From assembly GCA_035711625.1 (NCBI GenBank), contig DASTCA010000037.1:71074-135073 (forward strand): a stretch of DNA of 64,000 nucleotides. Direction: 5' to 3'. Each line of letters opens with the position of its first letter. Positions within the stretch are counted from its first letter, which is position 1. A model generated the notes under the pieces. The model ran no database searches. It saw nothing but the letters and a program-made list of their open reading frames with translations, and had not been told where the DNA came from. The position numbers were made by a program, and so were the translations under genes. The DNA is from Gemmatimonadota bacterium. GTDB taxonomy: Bacteria; Gemmatimonadota; Gemmatimonadetes; JACCXV01; JAHWKZ01. Shown one piece after another: positions 38,467 through 46,794 of this stretch.

Positions 38467-38936
38467 ACCTGTCCGGAGGACGGGTCGTCGTCATCGATCT
38501 GGATCCGCCCGGTGCGGATCCGCGGGCGAGGATCGAGCGCGCCTCGGACCCGGAGCGTGGGATCCGGGTCGTGGCGGTCTCGCGCGATCCTGCGCTCGCC
38601 ACGCTCGCGCTCGCGGCGGGCGCGGACTTCGCGCTCCTCCCGCGCGACGAGCGGTGGCTGGCGGGGACGCTTCGGCGCGACCAGGTAGCCCATCCGCGAC
38701 CGGTCGAGCGGACGACGCCGCCGTCGAGCCCCGGCCGTCTCGTCGTCGAAGTCCCGCCCGAAGGCCTTCCACTCGAGGAGTTCGAGCGGCGGGTGATCGA
38801 GCTCGCGCTCGCGCGCTCAGGCTGGAATCGCTCGCGCGCCGCGCGGGAACTGAAAATCAGCCGCCCGCGGCTCCAGCGGAAGATCGAACGCCATGGCCTC
38901 CATCCGCCGCTTGCGGGCGACGACACCCCGGCCTAG
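38463..38936 (+). CDS. 157-aa Fis-type HTH protein with degenerate receiver-like N-terminus
   Basis: GTGA overlap with hyuB. C-terminal HTH_8-like FERRVIELALARSGWNRSRAARELKISRPRLQRKIERHGL. The N-terminus (VVVIDLD..VVAVS..AAGADFALLP) resembles part of a REC fold. No AAA+ domain. Confidence 0.75.
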   Translation: MNLSGGRVVVIDLDPPGADPRARIERASDPERGIRVVAVSRDPALATLALAAGADFALLPRDERWLAGTLRRDQVAHPRPVERTTPPSSPGRLVVEVPPEGLPLEEFERRVIELALARSGWNRSRAARELKISRPRLQRKIERHGLHPPLAGDDTPA

Positions 38937-38945
38937 CATGCTCCG

Positions 38946-39374
38946 ATGCCGCGCGGAGAGTTCCGCGAGATCGACCATCCGGCCGATCTCGGACTGGATC
39001 TGACGGGCGCCGATCCCGGAGCGGTCCTCGAGGCTGCCCAGCGCGGACTCGTCCAGCTTCTCTTCGGCGAGACGCCGACACTCCCGGCCGAGGAGGAGCG
39101 CACGGTCCGTCTCCCCGCCGACGGCTATCCGGAGCTTCTCAAGGAGTGGTGCGAGCGTCTCTATCGTATGATCGAGGAAGACGCGTTCGTCCCGCTCGCG
39201 TCCCAGGTCGAGGAGGTGTCGCCGGCCGGCGTTCGGGCGCGGGTGAGGGGCGCGAGGGCGTCCCGCGAGACGGTGGCCGCCGCGAGCGAGCTCAAGGCCG
39301 TGACTTGGCACCAGCTCGCGTTCGAGCCCGATCCCGGCGGCGGCTGGCGTGGGCGCGTCATCTTCGACGTGTAG
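38946..39374 (+). CDS. archease
   Basis: FREIDHPADLGL start and KAVTWHQLAF..GWRGRVIFDV end are archease hallmarks. Immediately upstream of rtcB. Confidence 0.85.
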   Translation: MPRGEFREIDHPADLGLDLTGADPGAVLEAAQRGLVQLLFGETPTLPAEEERTVRLPADGYPELLKEWCERLYRMIEEDAFVPLASQVEEVSPAGVRARVRGARASRETVAAASELKAVTWHQLAFEPDPGGGWRGRVIFDV

Positions 39375-39381
39375 AGGTCGA

Positions 39382-40824
39382 GTGGCCGTCGAGATCCGGA
39401 GAATCGAGCCGTACCTATGGGAGATTCCGAGGAACGGGAAGATGCGCGTCCCGGGACGCGTGTATGCCTCCGAGCATCTCATGCAGGACATCCGCGGCGA
39501 CGAGAGCCTGGTCCAGGTGCAGAACGTCGCTGCGCTTCCCGGTATCGTCGGCTGGTCGCTCGCGATGCCGGACATACACTGGGGATACGGGTTCCCGATC
39601 GGTGGCGTCGCCGCGACCGAGGCCCGGAGCGGGGCGATCTCGCCGGGGGGCGTCGGATACGACATCAACTGCGGGGTCCGGCTGGCGCGGAGCGAGCTCA
39701 CGGCCGACCGGATCCGGCCCCGACTCGCGGCTCTCATGGACGCGCTCTTCGCTGCGATCCCGAGCGGGGTGGGCGCGGAGGGCGCGATCCCGCGCCTGTC
39801 GCGGTCCGAACTCCTGCGCGTCCTGGTCGACGGCGCGACGTGGGCCATCGGGCGCGGGTTCGGAAGCGCCGACGACCTGGCGCACACCGAAGAGCGTGGG
39901 TGCCTCGCGGGCGCGGACCCGGACTGCGTTAGCGAGCGGGCGCGGGATCGCGGACTCGCCCAGGTCGGCACGCTGGGATCCGGAAACCACTTCCTCGAGA
40001 TCCAGCGCGTGGCGCTGATCTACGACGACGACCTCGCCCGGGCCTTCGGTCTGTTCGAGGACCAGGTCGTCGTGATGATCCACTCCGGCTCCCGCGGGCT
40101 CGGATACCAGGTCTGCGAGGACTACATCCGCCGGATCAAGCCGCGGCTCGCCGTCTATGGCTACGAGCTTCCCGACATCCAGCTTGCCGCCGCCCCCCTC
40201 GATTCGGACGACGGCCGCGCATACCTGGGGGGCATGCGGTGCGCCGCGAACTACGCGTGGTCGAACCGCCAGGTGATGTTGCACGTGGTCCGCGAGACCT
40301 TCCAGCGGGTGCTGGGACTCGGTCCAGCGGACCTCGGGATGCGTCTGGTCTACGACGTCTGCCACAACATCGCGAAGCTCGAAGATCACGAGGTGGAAGG
40401 GGCCAAGGTCCGGGTGTGTGTCCACCGCAAGGGCGCCACCCGCGCGTTCCCACCCCGCCATCCGGACGTTCCGCCCGCCTATCGGGAGTCCGGGCAGCCT
40501 GTCCTGATCCCGGGCAGCATGGGGAACTACTCCTATGTCTGCGCGGGCGCTCCGGGTGCGATGGCGGGCACGTTCGGCTCGACCTGCCACGGCGCCGGCC
40601 GCCGCATGAGCCGCACCCGCGCGAAGCGGGAGTCGCGCGGCCGCGACCTGATCGGCGAGATGGAGCGGCAAGGGGTCCTGGTGCGGGCGACCGGGATGCG
40701 CACCGTCGCCGAGGAGATGCCGCACGCCTACAAGGACGTCGCCGACGTGGTCGAGGTCATGGAGCAGGCGGGAGTCAGCCACCGGGTCGCTCGGCTCGTT
40801 CCGATGGGGGTCGTCAAGGGATGA
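39382..40824 (+). CDS. rtcB: RNA-splicing ligase RtcB (3'-phosphate/5'-hydroxyl RNA ligase)
   Basis: GTG 39382. AMPDIHWGYGFPIGGVAA, GGVGYDINCGVR, GSGNHFLE, HSGSRGLG, HNIAKLE, PGSMG, HGAGR motifs. Confidence 0.93.
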   Translation: MAVEIRRIEPYLWEIPRNGKMRVPGRVYASEHLMQDIRGDESLVQVQNVAALPGIVGWSLAMPDIHWGYGFPIGGVAATEARSGAISPGGVGYDINCGVRLARSELTADRIRPRLAALMDALFAAIPSGVGAEGAIPRLSRSELLRVLVDGATWAIGRGFGSADDLAHTEERGCLAGADPDCVSERARDRGLAQVGTLGSGNHFLEIQRVALIYDDDLARAFGLFEDQVVVMIHSGSRGLGYQVCEDYIRRIKPRLAVYGYELPDIQLAAAPLDSDDGRAYLGGMRCAANYAWSNRQVMLHVVRETFQRVLGLGPADLGMRLVYDVCHNIAKLEDHEVEGAKVRVCVHRKGATRAFPPRHPDVPPAYRESGQPVLIPGSMGNYSYVCAGAPGAMAGTFGSTCHGAGRRMSRTRAKRESRGRDLIGEMERQGVLVRATGMRTVAEEMPHAYKDVADVVEVMEQAGVSHRVARLVPMGVVKG

Positions 40825-41660
40825 GCGCGGTCCGCGCGGAGCATGGCGCTCGCGTTCCCCCGGCGGGCCCGACGCCCCATATTGGCTTGCCGATGACGAA
40901 CGATCCGGAACTCGAAGGGCAGCGCCTGCGGGGCGAGATCGTCGCCGTCGGTCGCCGCCTCTACGAGCGCGGGCTTGTCGGGGGAAGCGAAGGGAACGTG
41001 AGCGCGCGGCTGCCCGGCGGCCGGATCCTGGCCACGCCGTCCGGCGTCCCGAAGGGTTTTCTGGTGCCGGAGTCCCTGGTCGTCACCGATCTGTCGGGCC
41101 GTTCCCTTGGCGGGGGGCGCGCGTCGAGCGAGCTCCGCATGCACCTGAAGATCTACGCGCTCCGCGAGGACGTGACGGCCGTCGTTCACGCCCATCCGCC
41201 AACGGCGACGGGCTTCGCGATCGCCGGCCGGCCGCTCGACGAGTGCGTGGTTCCCGAGGTCATCGCGACTCTGGGGCTCGTTCCGATCGTCCCCTACGGA
41301 ACGCCCTCGACCGACGAGCTGCCGGAGCGCATGGCTCCCTGGATCGCGGGACACGACGCCCTTCTGCTCGCGAACCATGGGGCCGTGACGTACGCCTCCA
41401 CGCTCGCCCGCGCGATCGACGCGATGGAGTCGATCGAACAGGCGGCCCGCTCGCTCCTCGTCGCTCATCTGCTGGGGCGCGTGAACCGCCTCAGCCGCGG
41501 AGAGGTGGACAGGCTGATGGCGCTGGACCCCTACGGATCCCGCGTGCGGAATCCGGGCTGCACGGTAACCGACCCGGAGCCGCTCGGAAACCGCACGGAC
41601 GACGGTCTTCGCGAGGAAGTCGCGCGGATCGTCCGCCAGTCGCTGGAAGGTCCCGCGTGA
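40821..41660 (+). CDS. class II aldolase/adducin family protein
   Basis: GSEGNVSAR, ATPSGV, SSELRMHL, VVHAHPP motifs. ATG 40821 gives an ATGA overlap with rtcB. The alternative start is ATG 40893. Confidence 0.8.
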   Translation: MSAVRAEHGARVPPAGPTPHIGLPMTNDPELEGQRLRGEIVAVGRRLYERGLVGGSEGNVSARLPGGRILATPSGVPKGFLVPESLVVTDLSGRSLGGGRASSELRMHLKIYALREDVTAVVHAHPPTATGFAIAGRPLDECVVPEVIATLGLVPIVPYGTPSTDELPERMAPWIAGHDALLLANHGAVTYASTLARAIDAMESIEQAARSLLVAHLLGRVNRLSRGEVDRLMALDPYGSRVRNPGCTVTDPEPLGNRTDDGLREEVARIVRQSLEGPA

Positions 41661-41662
41661 CG

Positions 41663-42568
41663 ATGGATCATGAGCGCTCCGTCGCGCTCGTCACCGACAG
41701 TACGGCCGGTCTCGGATCGCTCGCGCACGAGATCGCGTGTCAGGTCGTTCCGCTGGCCCTCGAGATCTGTGGCCGGCGCTACCGGGAGGGGCCGGAGCTG
41801 TCGTCCGCCGGATTCTATCAGCTGCTCGCCGAGGCGGGAGCTCCGCCGGCCACCCTGCCGCCAGACGTGGACGAGTTCATGCGCGTCTACGAGTCGCTTC
41901 TCGCCGACCACGAGCAGGTGCTCTCGATCCATCTGTCGGCCGTCCTGAGCCAGACCGCGGAACGCGCGCAAGAAGCTGCGCGGCGTCTCGACGCGGGCGA
42001 TCGGATTCTGGTCGTCGATTCACGGCTGGCCGGCGCGGCCCTCGGGCTCCTCTGCCTCGAGGCGCGCGTGCGGCTGGATCGCGGCGCCACACCCGCGGAG
42101 GCCGCGGCCGCGGTGGCGGAGATCGCTGGCGCCACGCGGATCTATTTCTCGGTGTACTCGCTCGACTTCCTCTATCTGGGCGGGCGACTGGAGCGCGTGC
42201 GAGGCCCGGGGTCCAGCATCGCCGAGGACCGTCCGATCCTGTCGCTCGAGAACGGGAGGCTGGCGCTGGTGGAGCGCGTCATCGGCGAGACGACGCGCGT
42301 CGATCGCACGATCCAACTCGTGGAGCGCGAGTTCGGCGTAGGTGAGCCGCTGATCGCGGCCGTCGCCCACGCTGGGGAGCGAGGAGAGGCCGCGGCCGCG
42401 CGGCTGGAGGAGATCCTCACCGGGAACGGTATCGGGATCGACGTCCGGCTGTCGTCGCCCCTGGGACCCGTGCTCTGCGCCCACACGGGCTTCGACGTGT
42501 GCGGGATCGCTGTGTACCCCCGGCGGCTGTCGGCGATTCCAGCGCCGGGGGAGGGGAAGCGGGCTTAG
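41663..42568 (+). CDS. DegV family (fatty-acid-binding) protein
   Basis: ATG 41663. VALVTDSTAGL, PPATLPPDVDEF..Y, SIHLSAVLSQT, VVDSRLAGAALGLL pattern of DegV. Confidence 0.82.
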   Translation: MDHERSVALVTDSTAGLGSLAHEIACQVVPLALEICGRRYREGPELSSAGFYQLLAEAGAPPATLPPDVDEFMRVYESLLADHEQVLSIHLSAVLSQTAERAQEAARRLDAGDRILVVDSRLAGAALGLLCLEARVRLDRGATPAEAAAAVAEIAGATRIYFSVYSLDFLYLGGRLERVRGPGSSIAEDRPILSLENGRLALVERVIGETTRVDRTIQLVEREFGVGEPLIAAVAHAGERGEAAAARLEEILTGNGIGIDVRLSSPLGPVLCAHTGFDVCGIAVYPRRLSAIPAPGEGKRA

Positions 42569-42822
42569 GGCTCGAGCCGCTTCACGTGGGCGTGGAGGCG
42601 GGACTTCTGGCGCGCGGCGGTGTTGCCGTGGATCACGCCCTTGCCGGCCATGCGGTCGAGCAGGCTCTCCGCCTTGTTCAGGGCGTCGCTCGCGGCCTCC
42701 GGGGACTCCGCCTGGCGGACCTTCTTGATCGCCGTCCGCATGCGCGAACGGTCGCGACGGTTGCGCTCACGGCGCTTCTCGTTGGTGCGGGCCCGCTTTT
42801 CGGCGGACTTGACGTTGGGCAC
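42565..42822 (-). CDS. rpsT: 30S ribosomal protein S20
   Basis: GTG start, PNVKSAEKRARTNEKRRERN.. 85 aa. Its stop overlaps the degV stop (TTAG). Confidence 0.93.
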   Translation of the reverse strand: MPNVKSAEKRARTNEKRRERNRRDRSRMRTAIKKVRQAESPEAASDALNKAESLLDRMAGKGVIHGNTAARQKSRLHAHVKRLEP

Positions 42823-42930
42823 GACTCTCTCCGGATGCTGGAATGAAGCGATCCCGCGCGAGGCGGGATAGGGATTCGAGGAGCCTCAAGATACCGGCGG
42901 GTCGGATGCGGGGCAAATCGCCGTCCAGCT

Positions 42931-42960
42931 TTGACATCCGGGACACGCGCGGGCTAGTTT
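42931..42960 (+). promoter_or_regulatory. candidate sigma70-like promoter for the M50-trpS string
   Basis: TTGACA, an 18-nt spacer, then TAGTTT in the divergent rpsT/M50 intergenic region. Confidence 0.3.
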
Positions 42961-43015
42961 GTCGCTTCGCTCTCCCGAGCCCGTCGACCCACCGTCCCCC
43001 AGCGAACCGCCGGAC

Positions 43016-43660
43016 ATGATCGAGTCGATCGTCTATCTGCTCCCGGTGCTCCTGTTCTCCGTGATCGTGCACGAATGCGCGCACGGATACGTGGCCGAGT
43101 GGTGGGGGGATCCCACCGCACGGATGCTCGGCCGGCTGACCCTGAATCCGCTCCCCCATATCGATCTGTTCGGCTCGATCCTCGTTCCGGGTCTGCTGCT
43201 CCTGTCGGGGTCCGGGATCCTGTTCGGGTGGGCGAAGCCGGTTCCGGTCACGCCGCAGAACTTCCGCGACCGGCGGATGGGGGACATCACGGTCTCGCTC
43301 GCCGGACCCGCCTCGAACGTTCTGCTCGCGCTCGCGATCGCGGCCGCGCTGGCGGTGGCGGGTCTCGTCTGGGGCGCACGAGGTGTGCCGACCGCGGCCC
43401 TCTCGCTCGGCTACTACGGGATCCTCCTGAACCTCGTCCTGGCGGTGTTCAACCTGCTGCCGATCCCGCCGCTCGACGGATCCCATGTGGTCGCGAACTT
43501 GCTGCCGCGGCCGGCCGCCTACAGGTACGAGTCGCTCGGCCAGTACGGGCTCCTGCTCGTGTTCCTGCTGATGTTCATTCCCGGCCTCCTGGGGACGATC
43601 TTCCTGCCGGCTCGCGTGGCGACCGAGCTCCTGATGCGCTTCGCCCTGGGGATGTCGTGA
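43016..43660 (+). CDS. site-2 protease family (peptidase M50) membrane protein
   Basis: ATG 43016. HECAHG zinc motif and NLLPIPPLDGSH motif. Multi-TM. Confidence 0.85.
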   Translation: MIESIVYLLPVLLFSVIVHECAHGYVAEWWGDPTARMLGRLTLNPLPHIDLFGSILVPGLLLLSGSGILFGWAKPVPVTPQNFRDRRMGDITVSLAGPASNVLLALAIAAALAVAGLVWGARGVPTAALSLGYYGILLNLVLAVFNLLPIPPLDGSHVVANLLPRPAAYRYESLGQYGLLLVFLLMFIPGLLGTIFLPARVATELLMRFALGMS

Positions 43661-44679
43661 GCCCCGAAGCGGAACGGCGCGGCAGAGTCCTCAGCGGGAT
43701 CCAGCCGACCGGGGAGCTCCACATGGGCAACTGGTTCGGAGCCGTCCAGAACTGGATCCGCCTGAGCGAGAGCTACGACTGCTTCTACGCGATCGTCGAC
43801 TATCATGCGATCACCGCGAGCTACGACCCGGCGACCTTTCCCGCCGCGGTAGAGGGGATGGCGGTTTCCCTGCTCGCCGCGGGCCTCGATCCCGAGAAGT
43901 GCCACCTGTTCCTGCAGTCCGAGGTCCCGGAGCACACCGAGCTGGGCTGGATCCTCACCTCGCTCGCGCCCCTGGGCCAGCTCCAGCGGATGACGCAATT
44001 CAAGGACAAATCGGGAGATCAGGGGGAGGCGATCACCGCGGGGCTTCTCATGTATCCCGTCCAGCAGGCGGCCGACATCCTGCTCTATAAGGCCGACCGG
44101 GTACCGGTCGGGGAGGACCAGGTCCAGCATCTGGAGCTGGCGCGCACGCTCGCTCGGCGCTTCAACAACGCGTTCGGCGAGACGTTCCCCGAGCCGCAGC
44201 CGCTCCTGACCGAGGCGAAGCGGATCCTCGGGCTCGACGGCCAGTCGAAGATGTCGAAATCGAAGAACAACCACATCGGGATCCTCGACGATCCCGAGAC
44301 GATCCGCGAGAAGATGGCGACGGCCTTCACCGACCCGCAGCGGTTGCGTCGCACGGACCCAGGCCGTCCGTGGGTATGCAACGTGTTCACGTGGCACAAG
44401 CTGCTGTCCGACCCGGCGACGATCGAGCGCGTGGACCGCGAGTGTCGCTCGGCCGTGCTCGGATGCTACGACGACAAGATGATGATGGCCGATATCCTGA
44501 GCGAGACGTTCCGCCCGATGCGCGAGCGGGCCGCCGAGCTGCGCGCGCGGCCGGAACGGCTGCGCGAGATCCTGGCAGCCGGTGCCGAGGCCGCCGGGGC
44601 GGTCGCGCGCGAGACGATGCGCGAGGTCCACGAAGCGATGGGACTATGGCAGACGAAGCGCAGCCCGGCCACAGCGTAA
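43657..44679 (+). CDS. trpS: tryptophanyl-tRNA synthetase
   Basis: GTGA overlap with the M50 gene. SGIQPTGELHMGNWFG (HIGH-type) and KMSKS (SKMSKSK) motifs. Confidence 0.93.
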   Translation: MSPEAERRGRVLSGIQPTGELHMGNWFGAVQNWIRLSESYDCFYAIVDYHAITASYDPATFPAAVEGMAVSLLAAGLDPEKCHLFLQSEVPEHTELGWILTSLAPLGQLQRMTQFKDKSGDQGEAITAGLLMYPVQQAADILLYKADRVPVGEDQVQHLELARTLARRFNNAFGETFPEPQPLLTEAKRILGLDGQSKMSKSKNNHIGILDDPETIREKMATAFTDPQRLRRTDPGRPWVCNVFTWHKLLSDPATIERVDRECRSAVLGCYDDKMMMADILSETFRPMRERAAELRARPERLREILAAGAEAAGAVARETMREVHEAMGLWQTKRSPATA

Positions 44680-45407
44680 GGATCGAGACCCTCGATTTCG
44701 AGGGACCTCTCGACCTGCTCGTATATCTCGTGCAGAAGAACGAGGTCGACATCTGGGACATACCGATCGCCCTCATCACGGAGCAGTTTCTCGCGTACCT
44801 CCAGAACATGTCCGCGGAGCGGCTCGAGGGGGCGGGCGAGTTCCTGCTGATGGCGGCCACGTTGCTGCGCATCAAGTCCCAGATGCTCCTTCCGCGTCCT
44901 CAGCTGGACGAGGACGAGGAGCTCGAGGATCCACGCCGCGAGCTGGTGCTGAAGATCCTGGAGTACCAGCAGTATCGCGAGATCGCGGAGCAGCTGCGCG
45001 AGCGCGAGTCGGCGGGCCGGCTGGTATTCGCTCGCGGGATGCCGGAGTGGGACGACGCGCTGATCGCCGAGGCGGGCCACGCGCCACCCGAACCCGGAGA
45101 GCGCGTTTCGCTCGGAGATCTGTTGCGGTCGTTCACGCGCCTCATGGAGGAAGCGCGGCGTGACCGCGTGCATCACCTGGAACCGCTCGGCGTCACGATC
45201 GAGGAGAAGGCGGAGTTCGTTCGCGAGCGCCTGCGCCGGGAGGGTCAGACGAGCTTTCGGGATCTGTTCGTTCCCGGCGAGCCGCGATCGCATTGGATCG
45301 TGACGTTCGTGGCACTCCTCGAGATGGTGCGCGAGGGAGAGATCCGGCTGCGGCAGGGTGAGAGGTTCGGGGAGATTCACGTCTACGCGGCGGGATCCGC
45401 GGCATGA
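44646..45407 (+). CDS. scpA: segregation and condensation protein A
   Basis: ATG 44646. LDFEGPLDLLVYLVQKNEVDIWDIPIALITEQFL. Overlaps the trpS 3' end by 34 nt. Confidence 0.85.
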   Translation: MADEAQPGHSVRIETLDFEGPLDLLVYLVQKNEVDIWDIPIALITEQFLAYLQNMSAERLEGAGEFLLMAATLLRIKSQMLLPRPQLDEDEELEDPRRELVLKILEYQQYREIAEQLRERESAGRLVFARGMPEWDDALIAEAGHAPPEPGERVSLGDLLRSFTRLMEEARRDRVHHLEPLGVTIEEKAEFVRERLRREGQTSFRDLFVPGEPRSHWIVTFVALLEMVREGEIRLRQGERFGEIHVYAAGSAA

Positions 45408-46009
45408 ACGGATCGGACGCCGGAGCGAAGCAAGTCCTGGAAGCACTCTTGTTCGCCGCGGACGAGCCGCTGTCGGCGCGGCGACTGGCCGCCCTCGTGG
45501 AAGAGATCACGCCGGGGGAAGTCACCGACCTGGTCCGCGAGCTCAACGCCGACTACCTGCGCGAAGGCCGGGCATTCCACGTGCAGGAGATCGCGGGCGG
45601 ATACCGGCTCGTGACGCGCTCCGAGTTCGCCGGCTGGATCGCGGGGCTACGGGCCGCGGGCGGGTCGCCGCGCCTCACTCAGGCTGCGCTTGAGACCCTC
45701 TCCATCGTTGCCTACAAGCAGCCGGTGACGCGCACCGAGCTGGAGTCCATCCGAGGCGTGGCGGTCGAAGGGGTTCTCAAGACCCTGGTCGATCGCGAGC
45801 TCGTGCGGATCGTCGGCCGGGAGGAGGGAATGGGCAGGCCGCTCCTGTACGGGACCACGGACCATTTTCTCGAGTATTTCGGGCTTCCGTCGCTGGACGC
45901 GCTGCCGCGGCCCGACGAGCTGGAGATCCTGTTCGCCGATCGTGAGCGCCAGGTGGAGCTGGCGCTGGAGGAGCCGCGCGCGGTCGCCGATCCCGGGGAC
46001 GAGGAGTGA
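45404..46009 (+). CDS. scpB: segregation and condensation protein B
   Basis: ATGA overlap with scpA. LEALLFAADEPLS, LETLSIVAYKQPVTRTELESIRGV, TTDHFLEYFGL. Confidence 0.9.
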   Translation: MNGSDAGAKQVLEALLFAADEPLSARRLAALVEEITPGEVTDLVRELNADYLREGRAFHVQEIAGGYRLVTRSEFAGWIAGLRAAGGSPRLTQAALETLSIVAYKQPVTRTELESIRGVAVEGVLKTLVDRELVRIVGREEGMGRPLLYGTTDHFLEYFGLPSLDALPRPDELEILFADRERQVELALEEPRAVADPGDEE

Positions 46010-46794
46010 TGCCGCGGGTCCGCCTTCAGCGCTTCCTGGCCCAGGCCGGAGTCGCGTCCCGCCGGAAGAGCGAGGATCTTATCTCCGCCGGGCTGGTGGA
46101 GGTCAACGGGCGAGTGGTGACCGAAGCCGGCACCACCGTCGATCCGGCGGCGGACGACGTGCGGCTCAAGGGCCGTCCGATCCACGCCCGCTTCGCGGAG
46201 GAATCGCCCGCCGCAGCGACCGGACTATTGCTGTACAAGCCCGCTGGCGTCCTCACCGCGCGCTCGGACTCCAGAGGTCGACGAACGGTCTACGACCTGG
46301 TGAGCGAGCGTGAGGGGGAGCGCTTGATCTACGTCGGGCGCCTGGATCTCGAGACGGAGGGCGTGCTGCTCCTGACGAACCATGGACCGCTGGCGCATCG
46401 GCTCACCCACCCGCGGTGGGACGTGGAGCGGGAATACCGGGCGGAGGTCGGGGGCGACCTGGACGAGCGCCGCCTGATCGAGGCTGCGCGGAAGGGAATC
46501 CGCCTCGAGGATGGGCGCACCCGGCCGTTCCGGGTACGGATCGTGAAGCGGTCGGCCGGCCGGGTCACGCTGGAGCTGGTCCTGGTCGAGGGGAAGAAGC
46601 GCGAGGTCCGGCGGATCGTCCAGGCGTGCGGCGGTCGGGTGGACCACCTCGTCAGGACCCGCTTCGCCTTCCTGACTCTGGCGGGTCTCGTTCCCGGCCG
46701 TTCGAGGCGGCTGTCGCGCGAGGAGGTGACGCGCCTCTGCGCGCTCGTCGACCTCCCGATCGGGCCCGCCAGCGGAGGCGCCGCGTGGATCTGA
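46006..46794 (+). CDS. rluB: pseudouridine synthase, RsuA/RluB family
   Basis: S4 domain RLQRFLAQAGVASRRKSEDLI and catalytic YVGRLDLETEGVLLLTN. Confidence 0.88.
   Translation: MMPRVRLQRFLAQAGVASRRKSEDLISAGLVEVNGRVVTEAGTTVDPAADDVRLKGRPIHARFAEESPAAATGLLLYKPAGVLTARSDSRGRRTVYDLVSEREGERLIYVGRLDLETEGVLLLTNHGPLAHRLTHPRWDVEREYRAEVGGDLDERRLIEAARKGIRLEDGRTRPFRVRIVKRSAGRVTLELVLVEGKKREVRRIVQACGGRVDHLVRTRFAFLTLAGLVPGRSRRLSREEVTRLCALVDLPIGPASGGAAWI

Noticed and set aside
42851-42869. Short hairpin in the rpsT 5' leader (ATCCCGC-CTC-GCGGGAT on the minus strand) as a possible autoregulatory element
   Set aside because: A 7-bp stem could arise by chance in GC-rich DNA. I have no comparative evidence, and I know of no matching S20 operator motif.
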